This document shows positions 34,559 to 46,748 of a stretch of 64,000 nucleotides of DNA, in pieces. Under the pieces are notes generated by a model. It did not search any database. It was not told the DNA's origin and saw only the letters and a program-made list of their open reading frames with translations. Position numbers and translations under genes: made by a program. Within the stretch, counting starts at the first letter, position 1. Every line of letters starts with the position of its first letter. Source of the DNA: Strigamia acuminata. Taxonomy: Eukaryota. Where the stretch lies: assembly GCA_949358305.1 (NCBI GenBank), contig OX442314.1, positions 31,620,001 to 31,684,000 on the forward strand, in the 5' to 3' direction.

Positions 34559-35477
34559 TGATCATCTTTTATACTGAAGATCCAGCTGTTGTTTTGATTT
34601 TAAATATCCTTGATTACTTTTTATTTCATCTTAGGAATGTCAACAAGTGTTGTTTTTCATAGGCTTAATGAATGACAATATCGCTGATTGTTAAAAAGAC
34701 AACATCGTTTAATTATTATACGACAAAATCGCTTAATTATTGTTATAATTATTGTTATAATTAATTATTGTGAAGAAAATATCTGAGTTTTGGTCCACGT
34801 GACAGTGGACATCAAACGAACTATGCGCTTTTTTTTGCTCTTTTAAATACAGAAGATGCAGATAATCCTTGGTCACGTTTTATTTCCTTACTATGTTTAA
34901 TATTCGAAACTCAGTGTCATTTTTTTCTACTGAAATAAAAAAATAAAAAAATAAAAAAATAAATAAAAAAAATAAAAATAAAAATGAAATAAGAAAGAAA
35001 TACAGAAAATAGTTTTTATTTCATTGAAAACATTTTTTAAAGAAATTGACATGAATTTTCTAATTTATCTTAAGATTTTTATCAAATTTCCTCTTTTTTT
35101 CCTCGGTTTCCTGTTATTGCATTTGTTTATAAACTCCACCGCACGATGGCAGCACCGCATAGGGCTTTTTGCTGTTTTGTGTTGCATTTTTCCGTCACCA
35201 GATGTCAGCACTTCCTTGATATGTTGTGTACTCGCTCTTTCTTTTTTTTATCTGATTGTGATTAAACATTGAATTAAATAAGAAACAATAACTACTGCAC
35301 GAATTGAATTGAATTTCAATTTTGTTTTGTGCGACATTTGAAAATAACAGTTACATGTTCTAGAAATTATCAATTTTGAAATGTGGTAAAAAACATTTAG
35401 TTTCTTCTGTAAATGGAATAAATTAAATTAATTAAAAAACATTTTAAAAAATAAAAGAAAATTTTAAATTTACTGTT

Positions 35478-35655
35478 TAATTAGCAGTGCAGTCCCGCTC
35501 TGTCCTGATAATCTTGCCTCTTATTTGTACGTTGGTGGTCGATTTTTTAATTTGTATAGCCGCCAAATGACGATTTTCGTGTCTTCTGCACCGTACACAG
35601 GCTATCGCACTACTCCCCTCTGACAAGCTATCTCGTACGATTTGACAAGTTGCTA
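35478..35655 (-). pseudogene. Unknown gene G2, copy 4 (most divergent; second exon)
   Basis: TCQIVRDSLSEGSSAIACVRCRRHENRHLAAIQIKKSTTNVQIRGKIIRTERDCTAN*. Confidence 0.55.
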
Positions 35656-35932
35656 AATTAGAATGAATTAAATTAAATGAAAAATAAAAAATAAAAAATA
35701 TAAGAAAAGAAATTATTTTTTTGAATCAGTGTTAAAGGTTCTCCTACCATTTTGGAAATGATAACTTCTTTGTGCTCGTACAATCAGATACTTTTTTTTA
35801 CACAAAGCTAAATGTCAATTGTGTTAAAAAGGAATAAATTAAATTAATTTCCTTTTAAAAAGGAATAAATTAAATTAATTTCGTTTTAAAAAGGAATAAA
35901 TTAAATTAATTTTGTCCAATGGCGCACTATTT

Positions 35933-36350
35933 TTAAGATTTAAACAAAAAATTCTTACGTTTGCAAGATAAAGCCCGGATCCGATCAGTGCAGCTTCGAC
36001 GCAGCACGTCCATGCGTTGCAATTCCAATTCCTCTTTGGTGGGTACTGGTGCCCCGCCGTGAAAGCACCCTCGTGCCTTTGGCTTAGCTGGTACTGCGGA
36101 CGGCGGTGCCTCTGCCTGCGAAAAATCAGCTCCTCTCTTCATTTCCTCCGCAGTCGCCACCGCTGACGATTCGGGGGACGGAGGAAGAGGAGGAGGAGGA
36201 GGGGGGGAGGAATCGAGTGGGTGTACGTCACAGGTGCACATGCAGCCGACAACGATGGAAGAACTACATTTCCTCGACATAAATAAATCAAAGAAAAATT
36301 CAATATTTAAAACAAAAAAGAAAAAATTTAAAAATTTAACATGCCGATGG
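35933..36350 (-). pseudogene. Unknown gene G1 exon B plus intron, close paralogue of the 10.1-11.6 kb copy
   Basis: Nucleotide-level match to 11304-11615 and 10110-10200. Confidence 0.7.
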
Positions 36351-37243
36351 AGAGGAGTGTCGTAAAGCGGAAGTACACAGATGGAACTTGTTCTTATTTT
36401 TGTTAGCGTAATAAACTACAAAAAAAATTTTTAAATGCGATTAAAAGTTGTCGCGATGAAGTGTCCATGCGATTAAAGGGTTTGCGATGAAGTGTCCATG
36501 CGATTAAAGGGTTCGCAATGAAGTGTCCGCGATTAACCGTCGCGGGATGAAAAGTCGGGATACCATTTAGAGACGTCATTACAGATCGTAAAAATTTAAC
36601 TGAAATGTGATGTGGTAGGACGAACAAAATTGACTATAATTGATTTGAAAAGGATTTTATTGGCAGAAGAACAGCGATTAAAACTTCCTTCATCTACAAA
36701 TGTTGCAAACAGCAACTAGAATTATTCTGTATTATTTTTCCTGTTTAAAGAAAATTTAAGCTTTTTAATATGCTATTTTTGAATTGTAATGCATTTTAAT
36801 TTTAAACTTATCAAACTGAAGTGTCTCCTTTTTTAAATTATTGTAGTGATATTTTTGATGTTTTTGATATTCCTAAAGAGATGAAATTTATTGTTCTAAT
36901 CATTTATTACGTCAGTTTTTGTCTTTATATTAATTCACATTCATTTTTACCTTATTTCATGTATGTTTTTTATAATTATCATTTTCCGGTTCAGTTGTGT
37001 TATGTGTATGATGCTGTCTTCAGTCTCCAGTAGACTTTTGCAAAGATTTTTGAAAGTGTTTTGTTTTGGATTAAAATTCTTGTTTGAAAATTTTAATTCT
37101 AATGTTTCTAATGTAATTTTGCCTGCTGAGTTCATTTCTAATGTTGTTTTAATGACTTGATGACTCTAAATGTCATAATTTTACCTTTTTTGTCTGTGGC
37201 ATAAACGATTTGCTCATTTAAATTTCCGTGCTTTGCACCAATT

Positions 37244-38150
37244 GTGGTGAAGAATATGGCAATAGGATTGAACAAGAATATATCAAACACTCCTACTCGT
37301 GTTTGTGAAGAATGCATCGCAGCCAAGCAGACACATGCACCATTTCACACCACTCCATCATTGCGCAGTACTAAACCACTTCAAATGGTCCATATGGATT
37401 TGTGTGGACCGATGCCGGTTGACTTCATTGGCAGATCCGGATATATTTATATGATAGTCGATGATTATTCCAGATCAATATTTTTACGATTCTTGAAGAC
37501 TAAAGACCAAATTCCAGCTGTGTTTAAGGATTTTTTGGCATATTGTAAAAATCAGTTTTCCACTCAAGTTCAGTTAATTTGCACCGATAATGGAACTGAG
37601 TTTGAAAATACAGAATTTGCAAGAATTGTTCCGGACAATGGAATACAGCATCAACATACAATAACTTACACGCCCCAGCAAAATGAAGCTGCCGAACGAG
37701 AAAACAGAAAAGTTATTGAAAAAGTCCGAACACTGTTACGAGAATCGAAGTTACCGCAGAAGTTTTGGGCCGAGGCGGCTGCTGCTGTGGTCGCATATGT
37801 TGCGAATAGGTCACCGATGCGACGATTCCCTACAGTTACGCCATGTGAACCTGTCACTGGAATTAAGCCGGATGTAAACAACTTACGAGTTTTTGGATGT
37901 CTCGCTTATACTTGGTCGCCAAAACAATTTAGAAACAAGTTGGATCCCACATCTAAACCAGTAATTTTCATAGGGTATCCAACTGGCTCACCAGGTTGGA
38001 AATTTTACAACCCCGTGACCACCAAGATATTTTTTGCAAGAGATCTCAAGTTTATTGAATCCAAAAATGGTATATCCGTCATACAAACACAACAAGATAT
38101 CCAACCTTCTCAAGTTTCGAGTGTGGAAAGTTTGGATCAAGTACTAGTAC
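37244..38150 (+). pseudogene. Copia integrase region
   Basis: CEECIAAKQ, VHMDLCGPM, VDDYSR, TDNGTEF, YTPQQNEAAERENR, FWAEA, LRVFGC, IFIGY. Confidence 0.93.
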
Positions 38151-39275
38151 ATCAGCAGCCAAATATTTTCCATGGGATTCATATCTGGTGAATTACCTGT
38201 CTAAGGTAAAAGTAATTTTTTTTGTGTTAAACCATTTCATTATGGTCTTGGCCATATGGAAGGGTGCTCCATCTTGCTTGAAGGTACTTGTCGGCCCAAA
38301 TAAAACTTTCTATTTGATGGCAATAGACTTTCCTTGAGAATCTGTTGACATTTCCCAGCATTCACTGTTCTTTCTGTGAATGTTAACTGAGCTGGGCCTG
38401 TGGAAAATATGGAAACCCAGATCATTAGGCTGATGGGATACTTCACAGAGGTGTTCAGACATTTTGAATTATTTTCTTTGCCTTTTCGTCGGCAAACACA
38501 TACTCCCTGGTCCCCAAATGACAAGCAGAACCTTGATTCATCCAATTACGAATTTGTTTGTTGTTCGTGTATGATTTGCATCCTGGGACTCCAGATCTAT
38601 AGCTCATACTTTTAAGTTGCAGTAAAACAGTGTGTTTTAACATTGTTATACCTGGTTCAAGTTGCCATTTAATGCGTAATTCATTGGCCGAGAGCTTTAG
38701 TTGATTCCTAACAAGTGTTTTGAGGATCCGAATCTCGCGTTTTGTAGATTTTAGGGGTCTTCCAGAACGTTTTCTAGCAAATTTGACCTTTCTACCATTT
38801 TCTTTTACACATTTACAAGCATTTGCTGATATATGATGGGGACATCTTCAAATAGTTAGCAATTTCTTCTTAGCTCGCCATGTTAACTAAAATTTATTTT
38901 TCATCTACACTTAACACCTGTGTAGAACCCATGTTTGATCTTAAGTGATTTTATGTTACAATCACGTTACTAGTTATCTGATTTGACTGTGTAAATGCTT
39001 CTGTGTCATGTGTAACCGTGAAGTTTCTAAACTTTTGCATCAGGGAACACATATTTCCATACTTTTGCTTTGGAACAGATGAAGAAAAATCATCATTTCT
39101 CTCTCATTTTTTATTTTTTTTTTAGTTCAAACACTTTGTTTTGAAGCTGAATAAAAGGGCAACAATGTGTTGTAACTCGTCATATTTGTCAATCATTTAT
39201 TTGCACACAACAAAGAAGAAAGAAAAAATATTTTTTGGAATCATTGATGTTTCCAAACTTATGCTTTCCACTAGT
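38150..39275 (-). mobile_element. Tc1-family DNA transposon, decayed and 3'-truncated
   Basis: DESRF, QQDGAPFH and GNSPDMNPMENIW motifs; the terminus reads TA-CTAGTGGAAAGCATAAGTTTGGAAAC at ~39275. Confidence 0.88.
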
Positions 39276-39528
39276 ATATGAAGCAACCCGATGGATACCA
39301 ATTGCCTCACACCGCACACAAGGTGTGCTTACTCAAGAAAGCAATTTATGGCCTTCCACAGGCAGGTAGAGCCTGGCATAAAATGTTAAATAGTATTTTG
39401 ACAAGAGCAGGATTTAAGGTGTCATTAATTGACAATTCTGTGTATTATTACACTAAAGACAACACGATCATATTGATACCAGCATACGTGGATGATTTAA
39501 TAGCTGCAACCAATGATCAGAAGTTGTT

Positions 39529-41558
39529 ACCACCCCAAATACATTTAAAAATCCCCCAAATCTATTTAGCTGCACACCAATTATTCACACACTATTTTTA
39601 TTTATTTGACCCCCCATTTGTTATGACTTTCCCCCAAAGTTAATTATTTGTACACTATTTATTTCGGCCCCCATTTTAATTTACCCACCCCCCAAAATTA
39701 TTTATTTCCACACTATTTATTTGTACACTAAGTTTGCAACGCCGGTGTGGACTTAGCTGGCCTACCTCGTTTGCGTTTTTGCCCAATTGGGACATTTTTG
39801 GCCTCGGGTGGCACATCAAGCAAGCCTGCCTTTATCCCCAGTATATGCTTGCAGACATGTTTTGTAGAAAGTTGGGCAGGTGCAAGTTCCTTCATCCCAT
39901 TTGTCCCCAATTATTGTCACATACCACAGACGAGTGCATGTTTGTCGGTACGTATCAAATCGTAGCCAATTTCGAAGTTTGGTCTGCCTCAAGTACGTTT
40001 CAATGTCTGCTTCACGAACATTAATCTGGTCTGTGGGTGTAATGAAATAAAATTTCTGATCACCCCTAACACGAGTCTTGACACATGGTTTTGTTGCTTG
40101 CCAGTTGTACGCCTCCGTGATTGCCTTCAGTGTGCAAGTTGGCTGTAGGGCAAATACTTTGGTATTAATGTTGTCTGGTCTTCTCTCTAGAGACCAATCA
40201 GCCACCATTCGCTTCATAACTTCCATAAACCTGTTAAGAGGTAGCCGATCCCTCAGAGTGTAATGAGATTTGATGACGTTATTGGTTGACTCCAGACCAT
40301 TGTTGGTGCATGGCGAGCCTAGACAGTGGCCAACATGCCACCCAACATAACGTTTCAAGTATTCCTCCTCAAAGTACTTCAGGAAATTCAAGCATCACCA
40401 AAAACTGCAAAACACGCGTTGGTTATTGCCTCTGCGCAATCAGCTACGAGTGCCTTCGGTCTGTACTTGCCTGCAGATATGGCATTGAGCAAAAATGTAA
40501 AGTCCTCTGTAGTTTCGGATTTTACTACAGCTAGATACGTTGGATGGAACGTCCTATTCGCATCGGAACAGCCCGCAACCAACACAGGGAAGCCCTGCCA
40601 CAACAGCTTGTATGTCGCATCGGTTTGCAGTGTTGAACAGTTCTCCTGAATGACTTGCAATCGTTTTGTGGTATAGCAGAACCGGAAATAACTCTCCCCT
40701 TCAATGTCACCAGTGTGGATCTCGTACTGTACAGCAAAGGGTGTGTCGACATCTTCTGGGACAGCAGCGTCATTTGCCACACACTTCTCCAACTCGCCAA
40801 GTGTAATAATCGGTTTACCGTCTTGGGCAGCACGGACACTGTTTAGGAAGTTAGACAGCTGTATTTTCGTGGGTTCTGGAAGACCACATTGTTGAATTCT
40901 GCGAAGCAATAACTTTGGTTTGGTGACACCGTCGTTGAATAATTCGCGGATTTTCTGCTTAGTTTCGTTTGCTATGCCCCATTTCTGTACCCGTTTATCA
41001 TGCGTGTGCGCTTCGGTTATGTGGTAGACATCGCAGGCATCCGTGTCACGCATCAGCAACAGCATTCTCTTTGCAGCACAATCCTTCGAATGGCGACAAT
41101 CGTAGATAACTTTCTGTCCCTCATCGGTGAAATATTTCCGCCGCATTGTCCATGCCTTCTCTGATTTCACAAATGCATGTGCTTGTTCGAACGTCCCGAA
41201 ACTTTGAAGCTTTTCCCACTTCAGACCCTCCTTTCTTCGTCGCTTTGCAGCCGGTTCATGTTCCTCCACATCACTTTCCGCTTCAGAAGATGAAAAGAAG
41301 TCTTGACTAGCCATTGTCATTTTGAAATTCATAACCAAACATTGCTGCTTATATAGTGCAAAACTAGCATGTAACGTTGCAAAAACGTCGCTGAAACATG
41401 CTGTACACCCCAAAAACGTCACAAAAACGTTCCCGGAAAAAATTAATACAAATGGGGAATAAACTCAATGAATTGGTGGAAAAATAAATGGAAATCGAAA
41501 TAAATACTTTCGGTGTAAAAATAAATAAAAATAGGGTGTCATTAAATACATGATGAAA
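39529..41558 (-). mobile_element. MULE (Mutator-like) transposon with SWIM transposase, internally deleted and frameshifted
   Basis: QTDATYKLLWQGFPVLVAGCSDANRTFHP, LVADCAEAITNA, TNNGLESTNNVIK, SWIM CTCP..CKH, AT-hook KRKRGRP; splits the Copia RT; boundaries approximate. Confidence 0.9.
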
Positions 41559-41722
41559 ACAGTTGCAAAGGACATTGATTTAGTTGATTTGGGACCAGTG
41601 AACTAAATTTTAGGCATCCGTGTGCAAACAGACGCCGATAAAGGCATTACTACACTGGACCAAACACATTATATAAAGAAACTTTTATCAAAGTTTAAAT
41701 TATTGAATGCAAATCAAGTAAC

Positions 41723-41789
41723 TACGGAATCTGGGGTCCTTTCGGGTAGTTGGGATTCCCAACTACCCGAAAGGACCCCAGATTCCGTA
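41723..41789. repeat. Perfect inverted repeat with 33-bp arms and a 1-nt loop
   Basis: TACGGAATCTGGGGTCCTTTCGGGTAGTTGGGA-T-TCCCAACTACCCGAAAGGACCCCAGATTCCGTA. Confidence 0.97.
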
Positions 41790-42353
41790 TAAGCAATATC
41801 AAGAATTGATTGGATCCCTTTTATACGTAGCACAGGCTACCAGACCCAATATTTCTTACGCCGTGTCATTCCTGTCGCAGTGGTTATGGTTAACGGCACC
41901 TCATCAAGCGCATTAGGGAGCTGCAAAGCGGGTACTTCGTTACTTAAAAGGCACCATGAATCACGCATTGGTGTATCAGCGGGGAAATACCGATGAACAT
42001 ATACAAGCCTATGCTGATTCGTCATGGAACGCTGCGTCAACTGATTCCAAGTCATTTGCAGGCTATGTATGTTTGCTAGCTGGTGGAGCCATTTCATGGC
42101 AATCTCGAAAGCAACGACTAGTGGGGCTTCATCCTGTGAAGCAGAGTATTTGGCATTAGTCGAGCTGGCTGAAGTCATTATTGGATGAAGTCGGATTTGG
42201 AAAAGTTGCTCAGACACCTATAACACTGTTATCTGATAATCAAGCGGCAATCGCATTATGTCTCAATCCAAGGACAAAGCATTTTCAAAGAGGATTGTTA
42301 TTTTTGAGACTAGACGTAGAAAATAAACAGTATGACATCAGATACATACCAAG

Positions 42354-43556
42354 ATGGCCGCCGCGACCAGTCGCATGTCAATTTCGCTCTTAGACTACAA
42401 AACTATTTGCGACTCCCTGGACGCCCTGGATCGCATTCGCACTGAACTCAAAACGCACAAAACAGCTACGAAGGGACGATTACTTGATCTAGACATCAAT
42501 GTCGCCAATATTCGGCATTTTTTCACTTCTTCACTGACCGTCTACCACGTGGCGCCGGATCCCCGCCTCGACGATCGTACGACGTCGGACATTCGTTCAT
42601 CGTTGGATACGCACGCCAACCCCCAGATTCCCGACGATACTGTCGCCTGCAAATCTACCGCTACTGACGCCGTCGTAACCAAATCCACCGATACCGACGC
42701 CGCCCCTATCGACGCCGCCGCAATCAATTCCGCCGCAGCTACCATTGCTGAAACAGTCACTAACGCAACTCCCAAACTACCGTTTACGCCCGCGCCCACA
42801 GTCCCAACGGCGACCGCGCAGCCAATGTCCGACTCAATCCACGATTCCATCAAAAAGATCTTACACATGGTCTCAAACAATGCCTCCGCCATCGCTGGAA
42901 TACAGCAAAAAATCTCTAACCGACCCCTTGACTCCACCACTGTTATTACACAAATTCCGGCAAACAAGACTAAAACTAGCCGCACTTACGCTCGGATTGC
43001 CGCAAACGGTATTCAGTCCACACTCACCACACCCGTGTTAACCACACACACTCAGTCAATTCCGCCGTTGATGTCACTGTTGCCCCAGTCGTCACATCCA
43101 CAAAAAACATTTGCCAATAGATCCGCTGGCCGCAAACCTGCTGACAACGACGACAAATCGACAACGCGCAACCCAAACACGGCGCCCCGTTCCACAATTG
43201 GCACGGTGATCGACAACACCATTGCCACAGTGTCGGACATTGATAATCAATCTACCGTTCGCCTGATGCTGTGCAATATTGCAGAATTCATCACATGTGA
43301 AGCCATTATTTCATACGCTACATCGAAAGGTCTAAATGTGCGACAATGTTCTCGCTGGCTTACAAAGGCGGGCAAACCCAGCCGTGCAGTATTCATTCGT
43401 ATCGTAGCCAAGGATGTCGCTGCCCTGCTCGCCCCCGAACTCTGGCCCCACAAAGTTGGTATTCATCTATTTAAAGGTAAGAATCCAGCTCTCATTACCC
43501 CCACAACTCAGACCCCATCCCAGTCAATGCCCTTTCGGCCTCCGCATGACCACTAG
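42354..43556 (+). CDS. LINE ORF1 protein (400 aa)
   Basis: Open ORF directly upstream of the endonuclease; C-terminal RRM-like ..AVFIRIVAKDVAALLAPELWPHKVGIHLF typical of CR1/L2 ORF1. Confidence 0.8.
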   Translation: MAAATSRMSISLLDYKTICDSLDALDRIRTELKTHKTATKGRLLDLDINVANIRHFFTSSLTVYHVAPDPRLDDRTTSDIRSSLDTHANPQIPDDTVACKSTATDAVVTKSTDTDAAPIDAAAINSAAATIAETVTNATPKLPFTPAPTVPTATAQPMSDSIHDSIKKILHMVSNNASAIAGIQQKISNRPLDSTTVITQIPANKTKTSRTYARIAANGIQSTLTTPVLTTHTQSIPPLMSLLPQSSHPQKTFANRSAGRKPADNDDKSTTRNPNTAPRSTIGTVIDNTIATVSDIDNQSTVRLMLCNIAEFITCEAIISYATSKGLNVRQCSRWLTKAGKPSRAVFIRIVAKDVAALLAPELWPHKVGIHLFKGKNPALITPTTQTPSQSMPFRPPHDH

Positions 43557-46200
43557 GTCATGCAAAAAATCTTTTACTCTACTTTACCTGAATGCCCGCT
43601 CACTGTTGCCCAAAATTGACGATGTTACAGGCCTGGCCAATATTCACTCCCCCGATATTCTTATTATCACTAAAACTTGGCTGTCTCCTGATTGCCCTGA
43701 CAATATTCTCAATATCCCTGGGTACGCGATCATTCGCTCTGATCGCCCCACAACTGGTGGCGGAGTGGCTCTCTACTCAAAAAGGACCAACCACATTTCC
43801 TCCATCATTACTAACCAACTGGAGGGCACCGAGTTGCTCTCATGTATTCTATCCTTGAATGGCATTCCCCTCCAAATTATTATTATTTACCGCCCCCCCC
43901 CCAATGCCCCCTAACCCAGGTCCTTGATCTCATCAATGAAGTTATCACCCCTCGTACAAACACCTTAATCGCGGGTGACTTTAACTACAACTTCCTCCCT
44001 CATAACCCTGATAATACGGTTACGAACTACATGAGATGCATTAACTTAGCCCCAGTAATCGAATCTCCCACCCGAGTTACGGTTAACTCGACGACATTAA
44101 TTGACCAAATATTCCTTAAGAAAGAAATTACGCATAATCCTTGCCACTTAACTGATTTTGATCGTCTGGACCATAAAGTTGTCTTTCTCTCTATCAACCT
44201 ACCAAAACCCCCTGCTTCCAACCCTCCCCGACTCAACCGGCATTATTCTTTTAGGAACTGCAACTGGGTCGATATTAATAGAGCCATCTCACGCGTTGAT
44301 TGGCAACCCCTTATTGACTCCCCAGACCCTAACACTAAATTAACCATTTTCTACCGCGCAGTAATTGACATTCTTACAAAATTTGCCCCGCCTCCCACTT
44401 ACACCCACAATAAACCTAAACATTGGTGGACGGCAGAATTAACTAGGCTCCAAAAAATTAAAACCAGTGCCTACCGTCACCGCCACACGCACCCTGTTGA
44501 TTACAAGATCGCCAGCAAACATTTCAAGGCCATGGTCAAGCGGAATAAGCGTCGAACCGTCACGGCATCCAAAAACTTTTGGCGTCTAGTCAAAACTCAC
44601 ACTACAGTGACTGATCTCCCTAACTCACCAACCTCGTGTGCAGACTATGCGCAATTCTGCGACAACCCCCTCGGCATCACAAACTCCAATTATACTGCTA
44701 ACACCAAACACCCCCTCCCCACCTTCCTCAACTTTGAGCACGTCACGCCTGCAGACGTTATTCTGGCCGCCCAAAAGGTTAACTTGTCCTCCAAACACTC
44801 CCATGATCGGATTCCGGGTGTTGCTGTCAGAAACATACTCCCAGCCATTCTCCTCCCACTTACTAACATCCTCAACTCAATAATTGACTCTTCCATCTAC
44901 CCAACTGTGTGGAAACATGCTGCAGCTACCCCAATTTTCAAAGGGGGTGACAAGCAATTGGTGTCTAACTTTAGGCCTATTTCTTCCCTACCCCCATTGA
45001 GCAAGATTGCTGATCACTGCATTCTCATGCAGATTCGCCCTACCCTCACCCGCCACTCCCCCCACACCCAATACGGTACTCGCCCAGGCTCCAGTGCCCT
45101 CTTGCTCATTGGTTCCCTGTACCTTGACATCACTCACTCATGTGATCAGGCTAACACACTCTATTTGGCTGAAACTGATGTGTCAAAGGCTTTTGACACC
45201 CCCCCCTCAGAATTACGTCTTAAATAGCCTCCGGGACCATTCCATCGGCCCCGAACCAATTAAGCTTTTTTCCTCATATCTTTCCGATCGGACTTTTCAT
45301 GTCACCTCCGATCCGGGCCAAATTGACTTCTCCATCACTCGTGGCGTAGTTCAGGGCACCACCACTGGTACTATGCTGTACAACTCGGTGGCAGAGCCTG
45401 TTCTGTCCCTCCCACTGGTGTCTCATATTCGGTCTTATGTTGATGATAACTTCTTGACCCAGTCCATCACCACCACCATGAACCCTCCGCCCAAGCTCAG
45501 TTCTCCCCAGACCTTGCAACTCTTGCTAATTGGTACGCAGCCCATGACATGACTCTCAACCAAGACAAGACAAAGACTATTATTTTTAGAAGACCCTTGA
45601 GAGCTATCCTAGCGAACAAATCACTGTCCTGGGGCTCATCCTTGACCCCCACTTAACTTTCGCACCCCATATCCGCCATATTGTCAGATTCCTCACCCGG
45701 TCGTTATTTATCATTAAACACCTCAGAAAGGTACTGTCGAGACCTGAAATGATCACTTACATAAAGACCAAGATTCACCCAACCATAACCTATGCTTCCC
45801 AATACTGGAATTCCACCGCTCGCAGATTCAAGGTCCCTCTTGCAACAGCGTATAACGCCATTATTCGTGTCGCATTCAACCGTCCCGGCCGTAATCACAT
45901 TACTCCAGTGTGTAATGAATTTGGCCTCCTAAATTTGGATAACCTTCTCCGCCTTCACGACATCACGGCGATCGCTGATGCTGTCCGCAATGTGGACCAT
46001 CCAGCCCATAATATCGCCATCGCTTTGAAGTTACCACACGGCAGTCCACCTACATGAGTAACACGTTCCCTTATCGGTGTACCTCCCTCTGGAACGACCT
46101 CCCAAGCAACTTGAGATCATCGATGTTCGACTGCACTGCGTCCTGTTGCCGCTTCCACTGCCGGCACTTACACAAACGTGTGGACAACTACCTTCTCAAC
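43546..46200 (+). pseudogene. LINE ORF2 (APE endonuclease plus RT), frameshifted
   Basis: YLNARSL, TKTWL, GGGVA, IYRPP, AGDFN, TLIDQIF, LDH; NFRPISSLP, DVSKAFD, GVVQG, YVDD; frameshifts at C-runs near 43900 and 45200. Confidence 0.9.
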
Positions 46201-46748
46201 CAACAAAAAACTGTTTAATCCTTACCTTGTATTTACTCCACTGGAGTGTTTTTTCAATAAATAAATAAATAAATAAATAAATACATTAGAACTGCAGAAA
46301 TGTTAGCAGACATTACAACTAAAGTTTTGACTCAACCAAAATTAATGGTAGAATTAGAAGGACTAGGAATTAAACAAGTTTAGCAGAATAAAAATTTATA
46401 TGATAGCCAATATGACGGAGTGTATTGGCATCAATGTAAGATAGTGGTATATTATTGAAGTAATATATTGTTGTAAACAAAATTAATAAACATGTCAAGA
46501 TGAGATTTGCCTCTGGCATTTATTTGTGGATTACACCAAAATGAAACCACAGAAGATATTTTCTTTGCGTAGTCAATGGGAATTAAAACAGTAGTAAAAA
46601 AAATATTGAAAAAATAAATCTGCCCCCATCTGCCCCCATTAAATAAAAAATTCAAAAATTCAAAAATAAACATTTATTGCATAGATTTGAAACCTTCATC
46701 CAACATAAATTTTTATCAAGTACCACAATGATCAATTTCTTCAATTTC

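Larger units (their letters stand above)
42348..46280 (+). mobile_element. Full-length non-LTR retrotransposon (CR1/L2 group LINE)
   Basis: 5' CAAGATGGC start, ORF1, EN-RT ORF2 and (TAAA)n tail; ATACAT at 42342-42347 and 46281-46286 is the TSD; removing the element restores the Copia RNase H reading DIRYIRTAEMLAD. Confidence 0.92.
36600..46383 (+). mobile_element. Decayed Ty1/Copia retrotransposon with nested insertions
   Basis: Gag-like LTIIDLKRILLAEEQR (~36610-36715); integrase 37244-38150; RT 39278-39528 and 41560-41960; RNase H 41990-42347 and 46287-46383 (TAEMLADITTK). Copia IN-RT-RH order; LTRs not identified. Confidence 0.88.

Noticed and set aside
34042..34662. ORFs spanning the N run
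   Set aside because: Artefacts of the assembly gap.
35820..36550. 30-31-bp tandem repeats (35820-35912, 36450-36545) as regulatory iterons
   Set aside because: Only about three copies each, with no supporting context; ordinary minisatellites.
40388..40391. Stop read-through or programmed frameshift in the MULE transposase
   Set aside because: The junction lacks the CxxH region expected after the second catalytic Asp, indicating a deletion rather than recoding.
46410..46740. Copia 3' PPT/LTR
   Set aside because: Only a weak ATGACGGAGTG-TATTG junction, and no matching 5' LTR was found near 36.4 kb.
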